From Haliotis cracherodii (lineage: Eukaryota): a stretch of DNA of 64,000 bases. The stretch lies in assembly GCF_022045235.1 (NCBI RefSeq), contig NW_027266264.1, forward strand, positions 8,246,001 to 8,310,000, given 5' to 3'. Below the pieces are notes generated by a model. It had not been told where the DNA came from. It was given only the letters and a program-made list of their open reading frames with translations, and made no database searches. Made by a program: the position numbers and the translations under genes. The first letter of the stretch is position 1, and every line of letters starts with the position of its first letter. Of this stretch, positions 12,942 to 25,185 are shown in pieces.

Positions 12942-13551
12942 GTCTCTCAATGATAGTAATTCACTTAAGAGTTTTTGCAAACTGTTTCTGTGATATTACA
13001 TTATCTGCAAAATGAACACCTAGCACCAAAGAAAAAAATCATTCTTTCTTATTTTGCTGTGTAAGAAGGTTTCTGAGCTTGTATTCTAATCAAGTTTTTT
13101 CTTTGAAGCAATTTTCTCTTTTCATTGCAATGTTATTAATTGTTGAAAAAACTCATTTTCTCTTGTCTTAGTCATGTGGCAGTCTTTAAGAACAAAAAAA
13201 CTGTAGAAAGGCTTATTTGATCTTTTTGTAGTTTGATTTGATATCCTGGTCCTTTTCTGATACCACGATTGCTGTAGGTGTTTTGATTATAGGGAGTAAA
13301 GGTTTTTCTTGCTGTAGAACCTGTTAGAATTAAATAAAACGTCCTCATATCTCCATGATTGTTCCAAAGAATCTGATGAGTCCATTAGAAAACAGATAGA
13401 TCACTCAGCACCTTTCAGGAAACTGCTAATTTTCTCCATTTTTTTAAGAAGAGTTTCTTTTTTCACTTTATAATTACATGAGGTCATTGCCTAGAGACCA
13501 ATTGATCAAACGCTTTAAAAGTGCTTGCTTTTGTATGGATTATTTAATTTG

Positions 13552-13777
13552 ATCATGGAAAAGTTTTATCATTAGATAGATATTGTTTGTTTCACTGCAA
13601 GCCATTTGATGAAAATAATTTGTAGTCCTTTTGTCAGAGTAAGACTGAGAACAAGCATCATCATTGGTGTGAACTAACTGTAGCACAGAGAGAGCAGCTA
13701 TGGAGTCTTCGAAGACCTAATGTAAGGATTACCCATGTCATGGACATCCAGACAAACAGGGCACAATCTGGAATTCC
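13552..13777 (+). repeat. ~225-bp direct repeat, copy 1 (copy 2 at 15926-16153)
   Basis: Co-linear similarity of roughly 85-90% by eye. Confidence 0.85.
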
Positions 13778-15463
13778 CCTAGGGTCCCATTTGCTTTCAG
13801 AATTTAATGTCAATTAGATATCGAGCTTGCCCTTCAAAGAAATTTCAGTGGAGAATTTTTTGAGAAGTCATCTAAAGTTGAATTCTGTTGGCCTTTGGAT
13901 ATAAAAAGTCTTTGAGGGTGGAGGATTTAAGATATTTATAACGTTTATAGCGTCAAGAGACGATTTATAGCATGTGACTCCCTACATTTTATGGTTTTCA
14001 GGTTGTGGAATGTTTTCCAAGGAAGAACACATTGTCCAATGGCTGCCATTTAATGTGACAAGAAAATTTGTAGTTTATCACCCATGTTTCATTCATTATA
14101 AGTGAAGAGAAAATGGACTTTCCCAGCACTGGCATTAATCTGTTTAATGATATTGAATGCTGTCCTGAAATTTAAGATCCTTTTGAAGCGTTTGAAAAAA
14201 TGCTGATGTGTTTTTGAACAGCCATGCACAGGAGATTGTAAGGAAATCACTTTTCAGCTGTGTAGGTAGCCATCTGCATCAAATTGACATGAAATTGTGT
14301 TGCTTTTGTACCCAGTGTACATGTATGTTGTTGAAGTTAATAAGTTTTGTTCTTAAGTTTTATAAGACAGGGACAGGATATGCTCACCTTATACAGTTTT
14401 AACAAACACCTGGTATTCACTATTTGCTACTGATTCATACACACATGCTTATGATATTTGTCAAAATTGTACAGCCAGGTCTGCTTTTGGCAGAGATTTC
14501 TTAGGATTATGGAAAGGGTTTTGTCATTTAAGAGTTTTAGCTCAGCCATTGCTAGTGGAGATGCACTTACAATATCTCCCCTACATTTCAAGATGTTTAT
14601 TCAGAATAGTCTTCACAAATGTTTTTGCATTCTTTGCTTGAAGTTGTGGAGATGCACTATATCTCCCTATTCTTTATGTGTAGAAATCTCTGCATAATCT
14701 TTACAATGTCTTTATGTGTCTTCACTAGTGAAGATGCATCCACATAGTCTTAGCTGGAAATGTTATTGCTGTGCAAAGAATAATCAGATTATACCTCAGA
14801 GAAACTTTATCACTCAAATGTTCTTAAGAAATGTCTTCACTAGCAAAGATCATAACTTTGTGTTTCCCCAGCAGAGACATCCATGGTGACAGCATCTTTC
14901 ACCAGATATCCAAGATAGAGGGAAATTCTGTTATACTTAGTTGCAAAGCACATTAATGTTTTTTATCAATAGTGTATGTCTTGAAAAGTAATATTCCCAA
15001 ACTCCCTGGTTAAATCTATGCCCCTATTCAATCATTAGGACCTGCAACATGGCTCCCTATGGCGCTCGAAAAACAAGGAAGCATGTTAAAGTATTCACTA
15101 TTACAGATCTGAAAGAATCTTTGAAAATCACGAATTTCATGGAATTATAAGGAAATGGTACTGCTGCACCATAAAGTGTTCATCATTTCGTAAAAACCAA
15201 TTCCCAGTAGACCTTGAAGGCTACCCAAAAGTCATAAAAATTATCTTTGCAGCATGGAAATTGGAAATAACAAAACCTCAAGACAACTATTACCATGTTG
15301 ACAATACCAACCATGTGTATAAAGAGGGTTTTCATCAATTTAATGATATCGTCAAGTTTCAGCTTTTTCCTTGGTTTATGGATCTGTTGACCATAATAAT
15401 GAAAAAAATCAGAATGACATGGGTTTTTTTCATTCCACTGGTGGTAATCGCTTCGACAATGAA

Positions 15464-15604
15464 AGTGAGTGAGTATGGTTTTATGCTGCTTTTAGTAATA
15501 TTCCAGCAATATCATGGCAGGGACACATTGTACCCTTGGGGGAATCAAACCCGAGTCTTTGGCATGACAATTGAATACTTTAACCACTAGGCTACCCCAC
15601 TGCC
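15464..15604 (-). mobile_element. SINE family A, internally deleted copy
   Basis: Reverse complement of the family A head and tail. Confidence 0.8.
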
Positions 15605-16991
15605 AAAAAAGTAACCTAAGGCATTTTCAATGACTAAACGACATTTTTTATAAGTATAAATTGTCATAACTTGTCATATATTAGATTTATAATATTATAA
15701 GGACACAAACCAGGCCATTAATACCTATCAATTCAAGTCAAAACTTGTATAATGTATTTCATTTATTATTCATACTTTCAACCTACAAAAGAAATTTTCC
15801 ATGATCAGAATCTGCAAACAAAAAATTAGATAAAGTCTGGTAGAACCAGTAGATAATGGTGATCTATTTCACTGTAATTAAGATCATATAGACATACAAT
15901 AAAGACTACTCTACAGCACAACTCAATCATGGAAAAGCTTTTTCATCAGATAGATATTGTTTATGTCGCTGCAAGCTATTTGATGAGGATGAAAATAATT
16001 TGTAGCTTTTTCATCAGAGTAAGACTGAGAACAAGCTTCATCGGTGTGAACTAACTGTTACACAGAGAGAGCAACTATGGAGTTTTCGAAGACCCATGTT
16101 AAGATTACCCAAGTCATGGACATCCAGACAAACTGGGCACAATCTGGAGTTCCAATACTTTTTATCACATCATCTTAAAAATCCTGCAATTAATATGTAC
16201 TTAAAACACTTTCCTAATGATCATCATAATGTCAAGTGTATTGCTAGTACTTTTATGAAATGAGAAGTTATACGTACTTGGTATTTATGATGTAACACCA
16301 AGTCTATTTCTCAAATTACACAATTATGAATTCACCAATATTTGCTGGAATAATGTTGCAGAAACAACCATTTCAGTTAAGAACCATATTTCTGAAAAAC
16401 TTAGCAGCATGATTTTTACGTTTTGATCTATTGTGCTGCAATATTGACTGCCATTATCATCACTATCAGGAAGCCTCTGTACTTGACAGTCTGCCATTAC
16501 TCTTACCGATACTTTCAATACATGATGTTCACTCACCTTTAATGAGAGTATCACAATGACTCCGAAACAAATTTATCTTGTCACATAAATTTTTTTGAAG
16601 CTGTGACAAAAGCAGCTAAATAATAAATCGTACTTCGTATGAGCTATTGCAATAGCACAGGTTTTCACGTAGCTTCCGTGCTAGAGTTGCTGATAAATAA
16701 TAAAACATATTCTAATAAATCATTAACAAAACACAGTTTTTATCCCTGAGCAAAATGTACTTCATCCACCTTTATCTCAAAATATACCTTTCACATCTAA
16801 CCAAAAAATATAACTTTTGATAAATCAGATCAGGTGTGTTTTCTTTTTTCTTTTTCCTTATTGTATCATTGCACACTTAAATGTATGTTTTATTTCTGTT
16901 TCCTGATGTGAAGCTGTAAAGTTGAGAATAATTAACTAAAAGCTAAAGATAATTTTCCAGCAACAAATCAATTCATTTCAATTATACAGCA

Positions 16992-17088
16992 GGGCTCCAT
17001 TCCATAAGGCTTTTGTGGTGCTACGACTGTTGTGTTACAGTATGAGAGTTATGATCACCTTAGCGCTAAGATCGCTTTGTGGAACAGG
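16992..17088. mobile_element. Small degraded foldback MITE
   Basis: Imperfect terminal inverted repeats ttccataaggc...gctttgtggaac. The same terminal sequence recurs at 17591-17611. Confidence 0.45.
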
Positions 17089-17275
17089 TAAACTACCTTA
17101 TCATACCTCTATGTCAGAATGATGGGATCGGATTGGTCGGGGGGGTGTATATCTCTTATACCCCACCACAAGCAAGTCAAGCTGCACATGAATTTCTGAG
17201 AGGCAGAATAAATCCCTTATTCCCCGCTTCCAAGCTTCGAAGCAAAAAGCTGCATGCTTTTTTCTGAGTCAATAA

Positions 17276-17446
17276 GGGGCGGTCGGGTAGCCTAGGGGTT
17301 AAAGCATTCGCTCGTCACGCCAAAGACCCGGGTTCGATTCCCAACATGGGTACAATGTGTGAAGCCCATTTCTGGTGTTCCCCCGCCGTGATATTGCTGG
17401 AATATTGCTAAAAGCAGCGTAAAACCATACTCACTCACTCACTCAC
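17276..17446 (+). mobile_element. tRNA-derived SINE family A (~170 bp), near-intact copy
   Basis: A box TAGCCTAGGGG, B box GGTTCGATTCC, 3' tail ending in (ACTC)n, perfect 12-bp TSD tctgagtcaata (17263-74, 17447-58). Confidence 0.9.
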
Positions 17447-18107
17447 TCTGAGTCAATAGAAGTCTCAGCTCAATGGAACAGCTGTTTTCTATCAATATTG
17501 AATTTGTTTGAATTATTTTACAATGTCATATTAAAACATGTCGGTAAGATAAATTTGTTGTAGCTGGATCACAAGGGCTACATGGGATTGTACCTGTTCC
17601 ACAAAGCGATCCATAAACTCTATGTACCCCTTGTGATCCTGCTACAACTTATAATGCACTGCTTATGGCCAAAGTGAACGTAAGTTCTCCATCCTCTTTG
17701 ACCATGATGTCTTTACACTGGAACATCTGTGTGACACATCAGGACATCAGAGGATGTCGTTATAGAACATTGCTTCTCATTAAAGATCATGCCAAAATTT
17801 TAATGTTTGGATCGTTTGTCTCAAAATAAACCAATCAACTTACAGAAATGTCTCTGGTTTATAAAGATGAAGATTTTGTGAAATTGAGGGAAAACATATT
17901 TGGTGACACTGTTACCTAATATGACACTTTGGTCTTATTACAATCTTTTTACAATTCTGGACATAGTCAGACTTATCTGATTTTAGACAGACAGGTCATC
18001 AGGTTATCCTATTTGCTTTTGGTGGTACACAAGGACTTGATCTTCTGAGGAGAAGCAGTACTCTAAGGTGATGGCAGCAATTCAGTGTGAAGAGTTCCTG
18101 CCCTTAA

Positions 18108-19165
18108 TTACCCATGTACCTGTGAAGATCCGGGGTAGAATAGGTCTTCAGCAACCCATGTACCCATAAAGATCCAGGGTAGAATAGGTCTTCAGCAACC
18201 CATGTACCCATGAAGATCTGGGATAGAATAGGTCTACAGCAACCCATATACCTGTGAAGATCTTGGATAGAATAGGTCTTCAGCAATCCATGTACCCGTG
18301 AATATCCGGGGTAGAATAGGTCTTCAGCAATCCATGTACCCATGAAGATCCGGGGTAGAATAGGTCTTCATCAACCCATGTACCCATGAAGATCCGGGGT
18401 AGAATAGGTCTTCAGCAACACATGTACCCGTGAATATCCGGGGTAGAATAGGTCTTCAGCAATCCATGTACCCATGAAGATCTGGGATAGTATAGGTCTT
18501 CAGCAACACATGTACCCGTGAAGATCTGGGATAGACTAGGTCTTCAGCAATCCATGTACCCATGAAGATCTGGGATAGAATAGATCTTCAGCAACACATA
18601 TACCCGTGAATATCCGGGGTAGAATAGGTCTTCAGCAATCCATGTACCCATGAAGATCTGGGATAGTATAGGTCTTCAGCAACCCATGTACCCGTGAAGA
18701 TCTGGGATAGACTAGGTCTTCAGCAATCCATGTACCCATGAAGATCTGGGATAGTATAGGTCTTCAGCAACACATGTACCCGTGAATATCCGGGGTAGAA
18801 TAGGTCTTCAGCAACCCATGTACCCATGAATATCTGGGGTAGAATAGGTCTTCAGCAACCCATGTACCCATGAATATCTGGGGTAGAATAGGTCTTCATC
18901 AATCCATGTACCCATGAAGATCTGGGGTAGAATAGGTCTTCATCAACCCATATACCAGTGAAGATCTGGGATAGAATAGGTCTTCATCAATCCATGTACC
19001 CATGAAGATCTGGGGTAGAATAGGTCTTCAGCAATCCATGTACCCATGAAGATCTGGGATAGTATAGGTCTTCAGCAACACATGTACCCGTGAAGATCTG
19101 GGGTAGAATAGGTCTTCAGCAATCCATGTACCCATGAAGATCTGGGGTAGAATAGGTTTTCAGCG
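18108..19165 (+). repeat. 44-bp tandem array (about 24 copies) of the family C 5' head
   Basis: Unit tacccRtgaagatcYgggRtagaataggtcttcagcaaYccatg, running straight into the family C body. Confidence 0.95.
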
Positions 19166-19386
19166 ATTTATGCTTGCCTTAAAAGGCAACTATGCTGGTC
19201 GTAAGAGGCGATTAACAGGATCGGGTGGTCAGGCTCGCTGACTTGGGTGATGCATGACATGGTATCCCAACTGCGTAGATCGATGCTCATGACATCAATC
19301 ACTGGATTTTCTGGTCCAGACTTGATTTTTTTGCAGTCATGTAGCTGAAATATTGCAGAGTGTAGCATTAAACCACAAACAAACAA
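19122..19386 (+). mobile_element. SINE-like family C (~270 bp, no tRNA head, (AAAC)n tail), contiguous with the upstream 44-bp array
   Basis: Head acccRtgaagatcYgggRtagaataggtcttcagc, motif gtcgtaagaggcgaYtaa, body tcaatcactggatt, shared 3' tail. Confidence 0.85.
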
Positions 19387-19641
19387 GCCCTCATGAATAT
19401 ATTAAAAAGAAAGTCCATCTGAATCTGTGGGTTTTACTCCAAATATGAGATGACATACTGTGATATCTGAAGCTCGCTCCATGAGAGTTGGTCTTCTGAA
19501 GGTACCATGAAACTGTAGCAATCTGTTCATCTATATTGAAGCTACAACCAATTTCAGTGCTTGACTATAAAGAAATGGTTATTTGGTTTCTTTAAGACCT
19601 TATAGTAGAAATACTAGTTAGCAGATTGTGCAGCCTCCAAA

Positions 19642-19929
19642 GACCTCCAGTGACTTGAGATAGAGCATCAGTCTGGAGAGGGGATGACAGATCGTTCAAT
19701 CCCCAGCCATATCATACCAAAAGATGGTAATAAATTGTACTTGTTGTTACCCTGCCTTGTGCTCTGGATTAAGGGGATGAATCAATGACTGTTGGTTCAG
19801 TCTGCATACTGTGTCTTAGTGAGGTATCCATGTTGAACTGTTGAATGATATCTCACCGGGGTTGCACACATGCACCTCACCTCACCTCACCTCACCTCAC
19901 CTCACCTCACCTCACCTCACCTCACCTCA
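19642..19929 (+). mobile_element. SINE family D with expanded (CACCT)n tail
   Basis: Same core; tail 19873-19929. Confidence 0.72.
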
Positions 19930-21169
19930 GAAATATGGGTTGCTTCGAAACAAAATCATTTATAGCTTGAGTTGAAATTGATATAGTGAGTACAAAATAG
20001 AAGCCTATAAAATATTTACATGCTTTCTCATTCCTAAAAAATACATTTCTTTTTATGAACTAGTGAACATTCAGGGATAAGGACAAATCTATTCTATGCG
20101 AAAATGTGCATCCTTCAATGATTTGGATTTCGGACCAAAATACATTGGAGGTAAGATTATTGACACCACAGAACTCATAAACGATAGTAATCAGTGTTGG
20201 ATGTGTGATTTGCACTACAATTAATCCATATTGTAGGCTGTAGAAGTTACCAGACATCCCACGTGTGTAATCAGAGTCGTTATATAACAATCTGAAGTTC
20301 CTGCCTTGTCTTTGTGTAATAATATTCTGCATACTCAGTATGTGATGTTATTAGAGCATCTCCAGGTTTGGACAGATTTAGACCTGCAAATTACAATAAT
20401 TGAAGCACTATAATACTGCTGTGAGCATGTCTACAACACCAGTGAGATTGTTCAGGTTGAAGTCGCCGGATCTGACAGACATGAACTTCCGTTAATCTGT
20501 TCATGCATGGTACTTGTTTTACGTCTTAATATTTGAAGCAAGGCTTGTTACTAAAAAAGTTGAGATTAACACATGCTTTATGAGCTATAATGTTCAGTAA
20601 CTGCATAGGGACTCAAACAGATTTGTGTCAGAACTGGGAAAGGTTTTTCCATTTTCTAATGGATCAATCTTTCAGGAATTTGTTCCGAACATTTTCTGAA
20701 ACTTATTCTCAAAACAAAACTATTGTGAATTTTATATTTGAAAAGAAAGAAATTGTTTCATTTCCTCGGATAAATCTTTTTCTTTCATTATTTGGTTCAG
20801 TAGGAAAGAACCACTCAGAAAAGTTAAAGTACACTCAATTCTTTCATGGCTTGACAGATTAACTATAGTAATAATATGAAAGCATTGGGTGTTTTTTTAC
20901 TTCTTTTGAGTAGTATATGTTGCTTTTACCCTTGAAGGATTAAAAACAAGCTTAACTTTACAGCTATTTTAAGTTTTTATGTGTGAGCGTGAGAGTTTAT
21001 GGTTGTGGCAGTAATGTCATGTTAAGGGGGACTGAGGTAAAATGTCAGGCCCATTTCCGAGGATGACTCAGTGTTGGAGTATGTGACTAACCACTGGAAT
21101 GGTACAAAGATCGATCAAGGGGCCATCAAAGCAAACAGAAATATTATATATTTGATTATATGTCATCAG

Positions 21170-21638
21170 TAGGGCTGCAACAAATACACTATGAGGTGAA
21201 CACGATTTGTATCATGAATAAAGGGTAATGAATACGAATAATAATTTACGAATACAATAACAAGTCAGCAGTTGATGTATCATTTGTCATATTCAGCATG
21301 TTCAGTAAGGCAACAACAACATAAAATATTTGACATGGTTTGTTAATTTTTAATATATTATTAAATATATTATTCATTAATATACAGCATGTATCCAGGT
21401 ACTAGTATCTGCTCAAATGCAACAATGACCAGTGACCAGAATACTGTCAAATTAAATAGTATAAGAGTGTTGTCTTATGAAGAAATCTATGCATAAAATG
21501 TTCTTATAGGTATTTTTATTATGTAAATGCATATGCTTGCATATTCATAAATATTCGATTCTAGTGGCCTCGAATTACGAATTCATGAATGGATGCGGTT
21601 CGATTCACCGAATACGGGAGTGAATCGAAACAGCCCTA
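21170..21638. mobile_element. hAT-type MITE (469 bp)
   Basis: TIRs TAGGGCTG...CAGCCCTA, 8-bp TSD gt(c/g)atcag (21162-69, 21639-46), subterminal (c)gaat repeats. Confidence 0.85.
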
Positions 21639-22395
21639 GTGATCAGCTGTATTGTTCATATATTATAACTGCCATTTATTACGACACAATGTGTGGTATG
21701 GTCTCAGTGTAAGTACTAAATAAAGGGAGCGAAGTCTTCCAGACCTGGGCACATTAATGTAGTTTCATACCCTCACTTTGGAGATTGATAGCCAGGTATT
21801 AACATCAAAACTAGTTTAGTCACTACCTTGCCGTATTTCATACCCTTAATTAGAGTGATGAAAAGACCACTTGTTTGACTTGGGTTTGTGGCAATTATGA
21901 TGTGTGAAAGCAGTTATTTATTAGTTTATCTGTGTATGACTTCATTTCTACTCACTGACTGACTGACTGACTCACTGACTCACTAACTTGCTCACTGACT
22001 GAGTCACAGACTGACTCACCCCCTCATTCACACCTGCAGGCATTTCATACCTGTACTTAGAGTGATGGAAAGGGCCATTTGGTTGTCAATCTGTTGGAAA
22101 TTACACAGATGACTTGGGCTGATGGTGATTATGATGTGGGAAACCTGTGATTTGTTAGTTTATTTGCAAATGACATCACTTCTAAGCACCCACCTTCNNN
22201 NNNNNNNNNNNNNNNNNNNNNNNNNNNNNNNNNNNNNNNNNNNNNNNNNNNNNNNNNNNNNNNNNNNNNNNNNNNNNNNNNNNNNNNNNNNNNNNNNNNN
22301 NNNNNNNNNNNNNNNNNNNNNNNNNNNNNNNCAGGTAAGGTGAGACTATGCACAGTAAATGCGTCTTAATTAGGCATGAATTTATGACTGGGGAC

Positions 22396-22620
22396 CCATT
22401 ATCACACTCACTCACTCACTCACCAACTCACTCATTATCACACTCAACTCACTCACTCACTGACTCACTCACCAACTCACCCATTATCACACTTACTCGC
22501 TCACTCACTCAAGACTCACTCACTCACTCACTCACACACTCACCTACTCACTCATTATCACACTTACTCACATACTCACTCACTCACCAACTCACCCATT
22601 ATCACACTTACTCGCTCACT
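22396..22620. repeat. (CACT)n-derived microsatellite between two assembly gaps
   Basis: Direct inspection. N runs at 22198-22331 and 22621-22805. Confidence 0.9.
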
Positions 22621-25185
22621 NNNNNNNNNNNNNNNNNNNNNNNNNNNNNNNNNNNNNNNNNNNNNNNNNNNNNNNNNNNNNNNNNNNNNNNNNNNNNNNN
22701 NNNNNNNNNNNNNNNNNNNNNNNNNNNNNNNNNNNNNNNNNNNNNNNNNNNNNNNNNNNNNNNNNNNNNNNNNNNNNNNNNNNNNNNNNNNNNNNNNNNN
22801 NNNNNGTCTGAGATATAGTCACAATCATGTCTTTCTCACATGTACACAAAAACTATTCAAACAGAATGTTAACAACATATTTTAAAACAGTCAGGCCATG
22901 AATCATTGCAAAATTACAATGATGATCGACAGCAGGTGTTTAAGAAATGGGTGAGCATAGCCCACCAATTCAACCTGACTTGAGGTCAAGGCTGCCACAC
23001 AGTGTGTGCCAGAAATCGCTCTGTGTATTGAATCTTTTCACAAGAGTACTGTGTACATTTCCCATATATGCAGAAAGGTCGCTATTTAAACTATCTGTGT
23101 TCTCCAGCATCACAAGCTTCCACAGAGATGTAGAAAATGAATTTTGTGGAAAAAAAGCACTTGACATTCCTGTCAGCACGAATACACTCACAACCTGCCT
23201 CCATTGAAGAGCAACATTTACATACCATGTTGACTAACCATGTCCAACTAATGTGGCTGGCGTGATTAAGTAAGACCTATATTGAATATTCAACATCTGT
23301 TCCCCAAGACTAACAATTTCACCATCCCATCAAGCATACTTTTATCGGTATTTGAATAATCGGGACTAGAAATCCAAAAATAATGTTTCCCTTAAGCAGG
23401 ACGTATAAGACTCAATTACAGTACGGCGGTTTGGCCGGTGAAATGCGGACCTGGATGCCAGTTAGTACGAATGGAATATTTTGTGCAAACTCGTTTGTGT
23501 GTAATGATGTCATCAGCGTTTTAAGGATAATTTAGGCCTCAGGGTTTGTTAAACATGAAATTATTTTTTGTATTTTCTCCATGCTGGCTTCACGATCATT
23601 CGTTGTAATAAGATCACGATTTTGTGTTGAGTGTATTTGATTTTGCTTTTATTTCATACTTAATCAAAAATATTGTACTTTAGATAATTAGTTTTAGTAA
23701 TAAAATATGAAAGAAATAGAAAAGAATGTGGAATATAGCTGCAGTGACTCTTTGACATTTAGTTACAATAGTAATCCTAAACAATATCTGTTAAAACTGT
23801 AATGTATCATATTGACTTTTCGTCCATTCTTCAGTTTAAGGAGAAGGTTAATTTATTGGAGGCGTTGAACATTAGAATAGGGTAGACATTTAAACAGGTA
23901 AATTATGCATGGATCTATGAATACATTCTAAATGGACTGTTCACTGTTCACTGAATTCCATAGCATTGACAAAAAGTCATTTATCTTTGTTAATGGATGA
24001 AGAATGAGCTTGAAATATTGAATAGAATTGTTTTGTGATAAATGTGTGGTTATATTATGTACAAGTTACAGTTCTCAGCACTGAGTCACTCCTATCCAGC
24101 CTTTCAGGAAATCAGTGCACCTCCGTTCTCTGTGAACACAATCAGGCTAAGTTCTAGTGCGAGTTTACCTTGCTCTCTATAACACTGGTTAAGTGATGAT
24201 GGTAAAGCACTTACACTGTATATATATGACTAGATTAGCTGGATTTTGATGACCACAAAACATTCTGTAGAAAGGAGTTGGCCTATGTAAAGGTTACACT
24301 TTCCTTAAACTATTTGTCTATTAGTAGAAATCTACATCGTGTTGCTTCACGTGAACAAACTAGAGATCACAAACTTTGTCAATGATTATTTGAAATTTGT
24401 AATTAAATGTCACTTGACATGATGATTTCATGTTTCAGTTGTATTTCTTGTTATGCTAGGCATTGTTTTATATGCATGGATTAAGATCACAGTGTGTATT
24501 TGTCTCGGCGCCTATATGGAACATGGTAGACGAAAGTTGTAAGTATCGGCGGGACACACAATATCGCGGTAATTAATGCAAACATTATTGAATGAAATTT
24601 GAATAAAATTGATAAAATAGATTACAAACCGAAGTCCAGATATACAGCGAACACTTTTTATTACCAGATAGTGTGACGACAGGATTAACTTGCGTAAGTG
24701 AATACAGATTTGTTGATATTCTAGTTCCCATGATGCATCATGACATAAAGACATAAGTAGGTTGGTGGTTTGGCTTGTGTACTGTACATATTCAAACTTA
24801 ATGTCACACTCATAAATTATTGTTTTTAGTTATTTTGAATAAAGGGACATTACATTGTAATAACTCTCAGCCCTTTGATTTTGAACAATTGAGTTCTTTT
24901 AATGTGTAATAATAATTTATCCAGTCAGTTCATGAACATTTAGTGATGTATGATGTTACAGATACAGAAAGCGATCACCATGGCAACTTCAATTCCCAGG
25001 GAATGAAATGTGATTAGTCCAAGCACCAGATGATTCTGAAGGATTTTATGACCATTTTAATTGTGGAATATTTATGAATGTAGAAATATGGACAATGGTT
25101 ATGGCATAGGGAACCGTTATCCTAATCTAGTCTGTCCTTGTCACTTCAGAGCATTGTTAGATGGGGGAAGAGAAACAGTAACACG

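Noticed and set aside
13372-13400. CTGATGAGTCC hammerhead-like start
   Set aside because: No complementary stem II closing before GAAA.
17276-17350. Functional tRNA genes in SINE heads or TRIM LTRs
   Set aside because: Acceptor stems do not pair and each is embedded in a TSD-flanked element.
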